64,000 bases of DNA, taken from Bacteroidia bacterium (GTDB lineage: Bacteria > Bacteroidota > Bacteroidia > Palsa-965). Numbering within the stretch: position 1 is the first letter of the stretch; each line of letters begins with the position of its first letter. Positions 18,711-28,453 of this stretch are shown here, piece after piece. Where the stretch lies: assembly GCA_025454955.1 (NCBI GenBank), contig JALONL010000019.1, positions 46,570 through 110,569 of the forward strand. Direction: 5' to 3'. The notes under the pieces were generated by a model. The model saw only the letters and a program-made list of their open reading frames with translations. It was not told where the DNA came from and ran no database searches. The position numbers and the translations under genes are program-made.

Positions 18711-20501
18711 ATGCTTACTACCGAAGATTTGCTCCGCGCCCCAGTAGCCGCTGCCGTGGCCGAATTGTTTTCTGCCGATATCCAGCCCGGGTCGGTTACC
18801 TTTCAGCGCACCAATCCGGCGTTTGAAGGCGATGTGACGCTGGTGGTATTTCCTTACGTAAAACTCGCCGGCAAAGGGCCCGAGCAAACCGCCCAGCTCA
18901 TTGGCGAACACCTGCAGGCCAAACTTCCCGAAGTAGCCCGCTTTAACGTGGTAAAAGGCTTCCTCAATCTGGTTATTGCCGACGATTTCTGGAACCGCCA
19001 GTTTACCACACTGTCCTCCGAACCGGCATACGGCCACAAACCCGTAACCAACACCAGCCCGATGGTAATGGTCGAATACAGTTCGCCCAATACCAACAAA
19101 CCGCTGCACCTGGGCCATGTGCGCAACAACCTGCTTGGTTTTTCGGTAAGCGAAATACTTAAAGCAGCCGGTTACCGGGTGGTAATGGTAAATCTGGTAA
19201 ACGACCGCGGCATCCACATTTGCAAAAGCATGTATGCCTGGCAGCAACTGGGCAACGGCGAAACACCTGAGAGCAGCGGAATAAAAGGCGATCACCTCGT
19301 AGGTAAATACTACGTGGAGTTCGATAAACTCTACAAAGAACAGGTAAAACTGGCCGTGGCCGCCGGTCAAACCGAAGAGGAAGCCGGCAAAACCGTACCC
19401 GCCATGCTGGCCATACAGGAAATGCTCCGCAAATGGGAGGCAGGCGATGAAGAAGTAATTGCACTCTGGAAAATGATGAACGGCTGGGTGTACGACGGGT
19501 TCAACACCACGTACAAAAAACTCGGCGTTTCGTTCGATAAGATTTACTACGAATCAAACACCTACCTGCTTGGCAAAAGCATAGTAGAAGACGGCCTGAA
19601 CAAAGGTGTATTGCTCAAACGCCCCGACGGCGCCGTAATCATCGACCTCACACCCGACGGGCTCGACCAGAAAGTATTGCTCCGCAGCGACGGTACTTCG
19701 GTGTATATGACACAGGACCTGGGCACTGCCGCCGAGCGTCATAACGAGTTTCCGTTCGAAAAACTCGTTTACGTGGTGGGCAACGAGCAGGAGTACCATT
19801 TCAAAGTACTCAAGCTGGCGCTGGCCAAACTCGGCTATGCGTGGGCCGACGGACTCTACCATCTTTCCTACGGCATGGTAGAACTGCCTCACGGCAAAAT
19901 GAAATCGCGCGAGGGCACAGTGGTGGATGCCGACGATCTGATCCAACTCATGGAAGACGACGCGCAGAAACTGGCCGAAGACCGCGGACTCATTGCCGAC
20001 ATGAGCAGTGAGGCCAAAGCCACGCTGTATCATCAGGTAGGCATGGCCGCGCTCAAGTATTTCATCCTCAAAGTCGATCCGAGAAAGAAGATGCTTTTCA
20101 ATCCCGAAGAAAGCATCGATCTGCAGGGAAATACCGGTCCGTTTATCCAATACACCTACGCCCGCATCCGTTCCATGCTGCGCAAAGCAGGAGTAGCCGA
20201 CAGTCTGCCCGGTTTCACCACCCCCGCGCAGCTTCACGAAAAAGAAAAGGCGCTCATCAAGCACCTGCACCAATACCCCGCCATCGTGCAGGAAGCCGCA
20301 GCCACCTACAACCCCGCCGTGGTAGCGCAATACACCTACGACCTGGCCAAAACCTACAACCAGTTCTACGATGCCTGTCCGGTAATGAAAGCCGAAAGCG
20401 ACACGCTCAAACACTTCCGCCTCAATCTATCCGCCTGCGTAGCACGCACAGTGAAGGAGTCGCTCCGCCTGCTCGGCATCGAGGCTCCGGAGCAGATGTA
20501 G
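18711..20501 (+). CDS. argS: Arginine--tRNA ligase
   Basis: Class I HIGH motif (PLHLGHVRN), about 590 aa, and a typical ArgS C-terminal anticodon-binding domain. The start was set at the internal ATG (MLTTEDLL). Confidence 0.9.
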   Translation: MLTTEDLLRAPVAAAVAELFSADIQPGSVTFQRTNPAFEGDVTLVVFPYVKLAGKGPEQTAQLIGEHLQAKLPEVARFNVVKGFLNLVIADDFWNRQFTTLSSEPAYGHKPVTNTSPMVMVEYSSPNTNKPLHLGHVRNNLLGFSVSEILKAAGYRVVMVNLVNDRGIHICKSMYAWQQLGNGETPESSGIKGDHLVGKYYVEFDKLYKEQVKLAVAAGQTEEEAGKTVPAMLAIQEMLRKWEAGDEEVIALWKMMNGWVYDGFNTTYKKLGVSFDKIYYESNTYLLGKSIVEDGLNKGVLLKRPDGAVIIDLTPDGLDQKVLLRSDGTSVYMTQDLGTAAERHNEFPFEKLVYVVGNEQEYHFKVLKLALAKLGYAWADGLYHLSYGMVELPHGKMKSREGTVVDADDLIQLMEDDAQKLAEDRGLIADMSSEAKATLYHQVGMAALKYFILKVDPRKKMLFNPEESIDLQGNTGPFIQYTYARIRSMLRKAGVADSLPGFTTPAQLHEKEKALIKHLHQYPAIVQEAAATYNPAVVAQYTYDLAKTYNQFYDACPVMKAESDTLKHFRLNLSACVARTVKESLRLLGIEAPEQM

Positions 20502-20507
20502 GTGTTG

Positions 20508-20790
20508 GCGTCCTCGTGGGGCGCATCATCCTCTCATCGGAGTGCAGCTGGGTGCCGGCGTCCTCGCGGGGCGCGACCCTTCTCATCTATGCATACCACT
20601 GAGCCTCGCGCATGGTACATGCGTCCTCGTGGGGCGCGTCATCCCCTCCTCGGTGTGCATCCGGGTGCCGGCGTCCTCGCGGGGCGCGACCCTTCTCATC
20701 TATGCATACCACTGAGCCTCGCGCATGGTACATGCATCCTCGTGGGGCGCGTCATCCCCTCCTCGGTGAGCATCTGGGTGCCAGCGTCCT
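20508..20790. repeat. Tandem repeat of a ~110-bp unit, about 2.4 copies
   Basis: A unit beginning cggcgtcctcgcggggcgcgaccc...ggtacatgcgtcctcgtggggcgcgtcatcccctcctcggtgtgcatccgggtgc spans about 20556-20665. It repeats at 20666-20775 with 3 mismatches. A partial copy precedes it. A core gcgtcctcg[t/c]ggggcgc recurs every 45-65 bp. Confidence 0.8.
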
Positions 20791-20794
20791 CGCG

Positions 20795-21040
20795 CCCCAG
20801 CCCACGAGCCCAGCCCACGAGCCCAGCCCACGAGCCCTGCCCACGAGCCCAGCCCACGAGCCCTGCCCACGAGCCCAGCCCACGCGCCTAACCCGCCAGC
20901 CCAGCCCACCAGCGTAGCCCACGAGTATAGCTCACCAGCCCCGCCCACCAGCATAGCCCGTCAGCATAGCCCACCAGCCCAGCCCACCAGCGTAGCCCAC
21001 GAGTATAGCTCACCAGCCCAGCCCACCAGCATAGCCCACA
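20795..21040. repeat. Nested micro/minisatellite: a 12-bp period (agcccacgagcc, about 7 copies) followed by two copies of a ~45-bp unit
   Basis: cccagcccacgagc repeats in tandem. Then cagcccagcccaccagcgtagcccacgagtatagctcaccagccc occurs twice (about 20897-20940 and 20975-21020). Confidence 0.8.
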
Positions 21041-21065
21041 AACATCTCACCCGCGCAAAGCACAC

Positions 21066-21866
21066 TCAAGCCCTCCGCCACAGCGCAAACAAATCCATAG
21101 TAATAGCCACACTATAATGAATAAGCACCCCAAGCCACACCGAACGGCTTTTCATACTCAATGTCCCCAGCACAATACCCGCCAGGATAGCCCCGAAAGT
21201 CTCAGGCATAGGCTTCCGGAAATGAATCATACAATAAGGCACCATCATCACCAGCACACTATAAAAACCAAACCGCGGCCTCAACCCCAGCGTCATAAAC
21301 CCGCGAAAGAAAAACTCCAGCGCCACAAACTGCCCGAAATAAAACAACTCCCAAATCCAGAACCGTGGCCAAAGCGGCTCGCCCGGATTGGGCTGATAGA
21401 AAGGATATTTCTGCTGAAAAGCAGCTGTGCCCGAGAAATTAGCCACCAGCGGAAACATCACCGCCAGCATAACCACATACAACGGCCAGCCCTGAAACGC
21501 ACCATTCAGCCTCAACCCATAATCGCCCAATGGCTCACGTAGTACAAAGCGAATGAGCAGCATGGGTATAAGCATATAATGCGTAATGCTTACCAATGCC
21601 CACCAAACCAATTGATGCAACTGTGCCGCTTCGTGATAAATACTCCATTCGGTAAACTGCCGTTGCAAACCGGTTAGTCCGCACTGACCAAGAAACTTCG
21701 CAAAATTTTCGGTATTACCTGCGTAGCTGATGAGCGTAAGGGCTACGGCTGTCCAAACCAGAATTACCCATGTTTTGCGGTGCGAGCCGGGCGTGGGATT
21801 CAGTTTTTCGGCCAGCGCATCGGCTTCGGCGGCTTGGTAAGTGCGGAGGAAAAGGTCTTTTATCAC
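21066..21866 (-). CDS. CPBP family intramembrane metalloprotease (CAAX protease-like)
   Basis: EExxxR-type motif (LEFFFRGF), conserved His motifs, and multiple TM helices. I placed the start at the GTG at 21864-21866. It overlaps the tsaD stop as GTGA. The longer track ORF would overlap tsaD by about 135 nt. Confidence 0.7.
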   Translation of the reverse strand: MIKDLFLRTYQAAEADALAEKLNPTPGSHRKTWVILVWTAVALTLISYAGNTENFAKFLGQCGLTGLQRQFTEWSIYHEAAQLHQLVWWALVSITHYMLIPMLLIRFVLREPLGDYGLRLNGAFQGWPLYVVMLAVMFPLVANFSGTAAFQQKYPFYQPNPGEPLWPRFWIWELFYFGQFVALEFFFRGFMTLGLRPRFGFYSVLVMMVPYCMIHFRKPMPETFGAILAGIVLGTLSMKSRSVWLGVLIHYSVAITMDLFALWRRA

Positions 21867-22876
21867 AGACTGAAACGGGGGAGAGGTGGTGTGTCCTGCG
21901 CGGCTGTTTCGCCGGCCAGAAGCTGGAAGTGGCCGGCCATGGCTATCATGGCGGCATTGTCGGTGCAGTAGGCGAAGGGCGGGATGAATGTTTGCCATCC
22001 CTCGGTCTGGCCGGTTTGTGTGAGTGCCTGGCGCAAACCGCTATTGGCCGAAACGCCGCCCGCCAGTGCCACGCGGGTAATGCCGGTTTCTTTTACGGCC
22101 CGTTTCAGGCGTTTGATGAGTGTGCTAACAATGGTGTGCTGTATCGACGCGCAAATGTCGTGCAGGTGGTTCTGCACAAAATCGGGGTTGGCGGCGGTGT
22201 GATCGCGCACAAAGTAAAGCACGGCGGTTTTGAGTCCGCTGAAACTGAAATTGAGTCCGGGCACCTGACCTTCGGGAAAGGCAAATGCGTTGGGATTTCC
22301 CGTGGCGGCGTATTTGTCGATGAGCGGGCCGCCGGGGTAGGGAAGTCCCAGAATTTTTGCGCATTTGTCGAAGGCTTCGCCGGCGGCATCGTCAATGGTT
22401 TCGCCGATGAGCACAAAAGTGCGGGCATCATCCACACGCACTAACTGGGTATGTCCGCCCGAAACGGTGAGGCATAAAAACGGGAACTCAGGCACGGGGC
22501 GCTGGTCATTGTCGCGCACGAAATGAGCCAGAATATGGCCCTGCATGTGGTTTACGGCCAGCAGCGGTTTGTTCAGGGCCAGCGAAAATGCCTTGGCAAA
22601 TGAGCCGCCCACCAGCAACGCGCCCAGCAGTCCGGGTCCCTGCGTGTAGGCAATGCCGTCGAGCTCGTGCGGCTGCACACCGGCCTGGCGCAGGGCTTCG
22701 TGTACCACGGGCACCACCTGTTGCTGGTGCGCGCGCGATGCCAGCTCGGGAATTACGCCTCCCCATTGTTTGTGTACTTCCTGACCGGCCACCACATTGG
22801 CCAGCAGAAAGCCGTTGCGCAGCACAGCCGCAGCGGTTTCGTCGCACGATGATTCTATTCCGAGGATAAGCGGCAT
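21863..22876 (-). CDS. tsaD: tRNA N6-adenosine threonylcarbamoyltransferase
   Basis: ILGIESSCDETAAAV at the N-terminus. HMxGH and GG.SAN signatures are present. 337 aa. Confidence 0.9.
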   Translation of the reverse strand: MPLILGIESSCDETAAAVLRNGFLLANVVAGQEVHKQWGGVIPELASRAHQQQVVPVVHEALRQAGVQPHELDGIAYTQGPGLLGALLVGGSFAKAFSLALNKPLLAVNHMQGHILAHFVRDNDQRPVPEFPFLCLTVSGGHTQLVRVDDARTFVLIGETIDDAAGEAFDKCAKILGLPYPGGPLIDKYAATGNPNAFAFPEGQVPGLNFSFSGLKTAVLYFVRDHTAANPDFVQNHLHDICASIQHTIVSTLIKRLKRAVKETGITRVALAGGVSANSGLRQALTQTGQTEGWQTFIPPFAYCTDNAAMIAMAGHFQLLAGETAAQDTPPLPRFSL

Positions 22877-22998
22877 GGCTCTTTATGTTATTTTTGCAAA
22901 ATAAATCCCAGATTGCAGTAATTATTGGCGTTTCTGGCGTTGTAATTGCTGAGCGTGCAGGGCAGAACGTACTGCCATTACACGCAACCCACTGCTCT

Positions 22999-25900
22999 AT
23001 GGCTGAAAAACAGCGTATCGGTAGCAAAATTATCAAAAAGACGGGGCGCTGGCTGCTTAGGCTGGTGATCTTCTTGGTGGTATTGCTTACCGCGTCGTAT
23101 TTTCTCATTCAGCTTCCTGCAGTACAAACCTGGCTGGCGCAGCGCGCAGCCGCATGGCTTTCCGACGAACTGGAAACCCGCGTGGAGGTAAAAGGTGTAA
23201 ACATCCGCTTCTTTACCAAAGCCGTGCTCGAAGGCATTTACGTGGAAGACCGCCACGGCGATACACTGTTGCTGGCCGAAGAACTGGTGGCCGATGTGCG
23301 CCGGTTCAGCTACGAAAACAGGCAGCTTGCCATGCGCGATATTGCGCTCAAAAACGCCCACATCAAACTCAAAAAATATCCCAACGAACGCGGACTCAGC
23401 TACCGCTTCATCCTGATGCATTTCAAATCAACCGGCCCCAAAAAGCCAAAATCGAAATCGCCGTGGGATGTGCAGTTGGGCGGAATCACGCTTGATAATG
23501 TGCGCATGGAATACATCGACCTGCGCGATTCGATTGACGATCCCGGAATGGATTTCGAAAACATCCGCGTAAGGGAAATGAGTGCGCATTTTGCCGATAT
23601 AAAACCGCAGGGCGATTCGGTACTGATGCATCTCGATTACCTGCGCGCAAAAGAACACAGCGGCTTTGAACTCAAAGAATTCAATGCTGATCTTACTCTG
23701 AGCGAAGAATACGCACATTTCCGCAAACTCAATATCCACACACCCGAAAGCACCATTCACGGCGATCTGAAATTTGTGTACGACAGCATCGAGGCCATTG
23801 AAGACGACTTCATCAACCTTGTACGTATGCAGGGCCGTTTCGACAGTACCACCATTGAAATGGCCGATGTGGCTTATTTCGGGCACGAACTGCTGGGCAT
23901 ACGCGAACGGGTAACGCTGAGCGGCGAAGTAAACGGCACGGTAAACAGGCTGCGCTGCAAAAACATGCGGCTCGGCTTTGCGCGCAATTCGGTAATTGCA
24001 GGCAATTTCAGTTTCAACGGCTTGCCCGATATTGAGACTACCGACATGAATTTCCGCATCAAAGAATTGCGCACCAGTTATTACGACCTGGGCAGTTTGC
24101 CCTATCCGCCTTTCCCCAAAGGCGATTCGCTGCTGCCGCATTTACCGGCCGAAATGGCCAAACTGGGCGGAATTTATTTCAGCGGCATTTACGAAGGCTT
24201 TCTCACCGAGTTTGTGGCGCACGGAAATTTCAGCACCTCGCTGGGCAAACTCAATCTCGAAAACTTAGCCATGTCGCAGCCCGATTCGACCTCGCCGTTT
24301 ATCTATCGGGGAAGGGTGGCGGCCAATGGATTTGATTTCGGCACTTTGCTGGATGTGCCCGGATTGGGTACCGTGTCGGGTGTGGTGGATATCGACGGTA
24401 AAGGATTGAGTACTGATGAAGTGGATGCCAAAGTAAACGGGCAGTTGAGCGCAGTGTATTTCCAAAAATACAACTATCAGAATATTGCCATTCAAAACGG
24501 GCATCTCTATCACGGTACTTATGATGTGGGCCAGCTCGAAATGCGCGACCCGAATGCGGGGCTTTCGTTTTCGGGCAAGGTAAATTTCAGCAGTGCAGTG
24601 CCGGTAATGGATTTTACGGCGGCTATTGATTCGGCCAATCTCGGGGCGCTGGGTTTTCTCGATTCGGCCGGGCAGCATATTCTTACCACCGGACTTGAAA
24701 TGCGCCTCAAAGGCAGCAACATCGACAATATTACCGGCACCATCGGCATCCAGCAACTCGATTACGAGCGAAACGGCGAACAGTATTCGTTTAATCAGCT
24801 TACGCTAAATGCGCAGAATTTCGAAGACAGCACCCGCACTATTGCGCTCGAATCAGACATTGCCACGGCTACCATAAAAGGAAAGTTTCAGTTGCTCGAA
24901 CTTCCCGCCACGGTGCAGAATCTTTTGTCGGACTACCTGCCTGCTTATTTCCCGCCGCCGCCACCACCTGATCCCGACAATAAAAAGAAAAATAAAAAAA
25001 CTCCCGATCAGCTTTTCACCTATTACCTCACCTTCAACCAGAATACACGTCCGGTTGAAGTACTTGCACCCGGTTTGGTCATCAAACCCGGCACCTTTCT
25101 GAAAGGCAGTTTCGATACACGCAAACGCCGCCTCGAAGGACTTCTCGATTCAGACGGCATTGCCTGGAAAGGCACACGTTTCGAAGGACTTCACAGCATT
25201 TCATTTTCCAACACCGGCAGGCGCGGCGAACTAAACGGCCGCATCAACCGCATTGCACTGAGCGATTCAGTGGGTCTGGGCAATGTGGTAATCAAAAGCA
25301 CAGCTTCCAACGATTCGCTGCTTTCGCGTTTAGACTGGAATAATCTGAGTACACGCCGCAACGAAGGCAAGGTGCTGCTGCTTACCCGTTTCTTCGGCGG
25401 AAGTTCAATGAGTATGCAACTGCTCAACGCCGGGCTCTGGCTCAACGATTCGCTCTGGCAGGTGGCCGCAGGCAACGAAGTGCGCATCGACTCAAGCCGG
25501 ATTGCGTTTACCAATCTGCGTTTCACTTCGGGCAAACAACTCATCGGACTCAACGGCACGGTTTCCAATAGTCCCACCGATCAGCTTGTGGTAAGCCTCA
25601 ACCAGTTCAACCTGCAACACCTGAATTATTTCACACAGTCGTCGGGAGTATCATTTAAAGGCTTTGTAGGCGGACAAACCACACTTTCTGAACTTTACGG
25701 AACGCCCATTTTTACCAGCAATACCGAGTTTAACGAGTTATTTGTAAACGGCCAGAAAATAGGGCAGGGACAGATGGATGCAGTGTGGGACAAGGCCCGC
25801 ACTGCAGTGTATATGCACGGGGAGTTTTCGCGCGGGGTGATTAGTCCCGAAACCAATACGCCTATCATAAATATTCTTTTTGAAGGCTACTATTATCCGC

Positions 25901-27651
25901 AGCGTACCACCGAAAACCTCGATGTGGATCTTAATCTTTTCGGTATCGAACTGGCCGTTTTACAACCCCTGCTGAAAGATTTTTGCAGCCGCATGTTTGG
26001 TTCCATTGGCGGAAAAATTCATGTGGGTGGTACGCTCAATCATCCCGAATTTAACGGCGAAGCCGATGTGTGGATTAAAAAAGCATCCATCGACTATCTC
26101 GGTATTTATGTAAAAGCCCCCGAACAAAAAATATATATTGAATCCAATTCTTTTTATTTCAACGATTATCAGGTGGCCGATTCCTGCGGCAATAAAGCCA
26201 AGATATATGGCCACCTTTATCACGATAATTTCACGCGGTTTCAGTTCGACATGGACTTTGCCCTGAACAAGTTTATGGTACTGAACACTAACGAAAAGAG
26301 CAATGATTTGTATTACGGAAACGTATTTGCAAGCGGCTACATGAACGTGTTTGGTTTTGTGGATGAAAAAATTTCGATAAGTATAAACGCCAAAACCGAG
26401 AGTATAGATTACAACGGTTCGCGCATACGCTCGGTATTCAATATTCCCATGACCTATACTTCGGAAGTGGGCGATAATGATTTTGTGTATTTCAGCAGCG
26501 ACACAGTGGCCGTGCGCAAATCGCAGGCCAACCAGTTTAAGAGCAACGGCATTGAAATGCTGCTCAATATCGAAGCCACCGAGGATGCGGATGTGAACGT
26601 AATTTTCGACGAGAAAGTGGGCGACAAAATAAATGCCCGCGGCAAAGGCAATCTCGAAATGCGCGTAAGCGAGCAGGGCGATTTTACCATGCAGGGGCAA
26701 TATCAGGTAAGCAGCGGCGAATATTTGTTTACCCTCAAAAACGTCATCTTTGCGCCCTTTAAATTATCGCCGGGCGGCACCATCAGCTGGAGCGGAAACC
26801 CCGAACAGGCCATTATTGATGCCGATGCCGTGTATAAAGCCAATGCTTCGGTTGAACCTTTCTTTCCGCTCGATACCATTAATCCTGCCTACCGGAAAAA
26901 TTACCCGGTGGATGTGGTGATGCACCTCGACAGTAACCTCATGAACCCGCAGATTGCTTTCGATATCGAACTGCCCACCGCCGACCAGACCATCCGCGAA
27001 ACGGTAAAGAGTTTTACACAGATAGAACTTGAACGCAACAAGCAGGTGCTTTCGCTCATCGTACTCAACAGTTTTATTACCCCTCAGGAATTCCGCGACG
27101 GGGCCACGAGCAGCAATTTAGCCTCGGGAACGAGCAATACACTGCTGTCAAATTTCGTGTCGGGCACACTCAACAACTGGCTTTCGCAAATCAGCAACGA
27201 TTTTTCGGTGCAGGTGAAATACAGGCCCAACGACGATGTAAGTCCAGGCGAACTGAAACTGTACATGCAAACTGCCGTGCTCAACAACCGCGTTACGATT
27301 GACGGAAACTTTGGCCGCCAGGAACAAACGCAATCGTCGGTAACCAACGTGCAGTGGGTGGGCGATTTGAATGTGGAGTACAAAGTAACCGACGACGGCA
27401 AGATACGTTTACGCGCCTTCAACCGCTCGAACGACAACACACTGCTCAACGCCACTGCCCCGTTTACGCAGGGCGTGGGTGTGTTTTACCGCGAAGACTT
27501 CAACAGCTTTTCGGAACTGATGCAGCGGTATAAAAAGTACCTCGAAAATGAGAAAAAGCAGCAGGAAGATCCCAAACTCCCCGGCAAACCTCCGGTTGAA
27601 GCTCCCGCGCCCGATTCCACCCGGAAAGATTCATTGCCCGGCCCGCGTTAA
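22999..27651 (+). CDS. tamB: TamB-like translocation/assembly module protein (AsmA-like N-terminus, DUF490-like C-terminus)
   Basis: One N-terminal TM helix (WLLRLVIFLVVLLTASYFLI). About 1,550 aa of beta-rich repeats. Divergent from tsaD. The start was set at the internal ATG (MAEKQRIG). Confidence 0.75.
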   Translation: MAEKQRIGSKIIKKTGRWLLRLVIFLVVLLTASYFLIQLPAVQTWLAQRAAAWLSDELETRVEVKGVNIRFFTKAVLEGIYVEDRHGDTLLLAEELVADVRRFSYENRQLAMRDIALKNAHIKLKKYPNERGLSYRFILMHFKSTGPKKPKSKSPWDVQLGGITLDNVRMEYIDLRDSIDDPGMDFENIRVREMSAHFADIKPQGDSVLMHLDYLRAKEHSGFELKEFNADLTLSEEYAHFRKLNIHTPESTIHGDLKFVYDSIEAIEDDFINLVRMQGRFDSTTIEMADVAYFGHELLGIRERVTLSGEVNGTVNRLRCKNMRLGFARNSVIAGNFSFNGLPDIETTDMNFRIKELRTSYYDLGSLPYPPFPKGDSLLPHLPAEMAKLGGIYFSGIYEGFLTEFVAHGNFSTSLGKLNLENLAMSQPDSTSPFIYRGRVAANGFDFGTLLDVPGLGTVSGVVDIDGKGLSTDEVDAKVNGQLSAVYFQKYNYQNIAIQNGHLYHGTYDVGQLEMRDPNAGLSFSGKVNFSSAVPVMDFTAAIDSANLGALGFLDSAGQHILTTGLEMRLKGSNIDNITGTIGIQQLDYERNGEQYSFNQLTLNAQNFEDSTRTIALESDIATATIKGKFQLLELPATVQNLLSDYLPAYFPPPPPPDPDNKKKNKKTPDQLFTYYLTFNQNTRPVEVLAPGLVIKPGTFLKGSFDTRKRRLEGLLDSDGIAWKGTRFEGLHSISFSNTGRRGELNGRINRIALSDSVGLGNVVIKSTASNDSLLSRLDWNNLSTRRNEGKVLLLTRFFGGSSMSMQLLNAGLWLNDSLWQVAAGNEVRIDSSRIAFTNLRFTSGKQLIGLNGTVSNSPTDQLVVSLNQFNLQHLNYFTQSSGVSFKGFVGGQTTLSELYGTPIFTSNTEFNELFVNGQKIGQGQMDAVWDKARTAVYMHGEFSRGVISPETNTPIINILFEGYYYPQRTTENLDVDLNLFGIELAVLQPLLKDFCSRMFGSIGGKIHVGGTLNHPEFNGEADVWIKKASIDYLGIYVKAPEQKIYIESNSFYFNDYQVADSCGNKAKIYGHLYHDNFTRFQFDMDFALNKFMVLNTNEKSNDLYYGNVFASGYMNVFGFVDEKISISINAKTESIDYNGSRIRSVFNIPMTYTSEVGDNDFVYFSSDTVAVRKSQANQFKSNGIEMLLNIEATEDADVNVIFDEKVGDKINARGKGNLEMRVSEQGDFTMQGQYQVSSGEYLFTLKNVIFAPFKLSPGGTISWSGNPEQAIIDADAVYKANASVEPFFPLDTINPAYRKNYPVDVVMHLDSNLMNPQIAFDIELPTADQTIRETVKSFTQIELERNKQVLSLIVLNSFITPQEFRDGATSSNLASGTSNTLLSNFVSGTLNNWLSQISNDFSVQVKYRPNDDVSPGELKLYMQTAVLNNRVTIDGNFGRQEQTQSSVTNVQWVGDLNVEYKVTDDGKIRLRAFNRSNDNTLLNATAPFTQGVGVFYREDFNSFSELMQRYKKYLENEKKQQEDPKLPGKPPVEAPAPDSTRKDSLPGPR

Positions 27652-28295
27652 TTATGGCCGTCGCTGAGTATTACACTAATGCCCAGCGAAAACGAACTGC
27701 GGCGGTTTTGCAAGCGGAAGTAACTATTACCGCCATTCACAAAGTCAATATCACCCTTGGTGAAATACATGTTGTATCTGGCCACAAACATGGCTTTGTT
27801 TATCCGCAAATGCACTCCGGCCACACTTCCAAACCAGAGCCAGCGGGTATCTTCTTTTTCGCTGTAACCCGACAATCCGGTATGATTTAAAATGCACACC
27901 GTGGGGCCGGCCTGAAAGCTTACAATGTTTCGCTTGTCGGCAATTCCGGGCAAAAACCTGAAATCAAACATCAACTGCGAAAAATCGGCATAGTAATTCT
28001 TGAATTGAAACCCGGTTTTGTTCACTGCCACGCCCAGCTCGCCGGTGAGTGTAAATCCGTTGGTAAACCTTACGGTGGTAAACTCGCTCACACCCGCATT
28101 GAAATCTTTCGAAAACATTTTCGCCCGCACGAACGTGCCGGTTTCAGAACCGTTTACCGGGTCGATGAAAGTTAATACGGGATTGTCGAGCCGACGGTGA
28201 AACTCTACACGTGCTCCGCTGTAAGTTTGTGCTATTCCCTCTGTAAACTGGCACACTACAGCAAAGCAGACCAAAAGTCTGATTGCTTTTTTCAT
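27648..28295 (-). CDS. Small outer-membrane beta-barrel protein (porin-like)
   Basis: Signal peptide MKKAIRLLVCFAVVCQFTEGIAQ, alternating beta-strand pattern, 215 aa. Confidence 0.55.
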   Translation of the reverse strand: MKKAIRLLVCFAVVCQFTEGIAQTYSGARVEFHRRLDNPVLTFIDPVNGSETGTFVRAKMFSKDFNAGVSEFTTVRFTNGFTLTGELGVAVNKTGFQFKNYYADFSQLMFDFRFLPGIADKRNIVSFQAGPTVCILNHTGLSGYSEKEDTRWLWFGSVAGVHLRINKAMFVARYNMYFTKGDIDFVNGGNSYFRLQNRRSSFSLGISVILSDGHN

Positions 28296-28393
28296 GTTGG
28301 TTTGGATAAAATTTGGCGTGTGCCAGAGGGAAGTCCAAATGTAAAAATTTGGTTTGGGCTAAAGGTGTTACTAAACATCAAATTTCTTTCATA

Positions 28394-28433
28394 CAAAAAA
28401 CTCCCGGTTGCCACATGCAACCGGGAGTTTTTA
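28394..28433. terminator. Bidirectional rho-independent terminator downstream of yidC
   Basis: aaaaaactcccggttgc-cacat-gcaaccgggagttttt. A perfect 12-13 bp stem flanked by an A-run and a T-run. Confidence 0.8.
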
Positions 28434-28453
28434 TGAATGTATCGAAACGCAAA

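Noticed and set aside
20508-20790. Possible CRISPR array (17-bp core gcgtcctcg[t/c]ggggcgc recurring every 45-65 bp)
   Set aside because: The inter-core 'spacers' are themselves repeated (alternating 28- and 48-bp segments that recur identically). No cas genes are present. It is a tandem duplication, not a repeat-spacer array.
20502-20917. ORFs 20502-20891 and 20612-20917 (repetitive 'ASSWGASS...' / 'PRAQPTSPAHEP' proteins)
   Set aside because: They are translations of the tandem-repeat array. The periodicity is in the DNA units (110 bp and 12 bp). The frame changes between units. They lie in a convergent 3'-3' gap.
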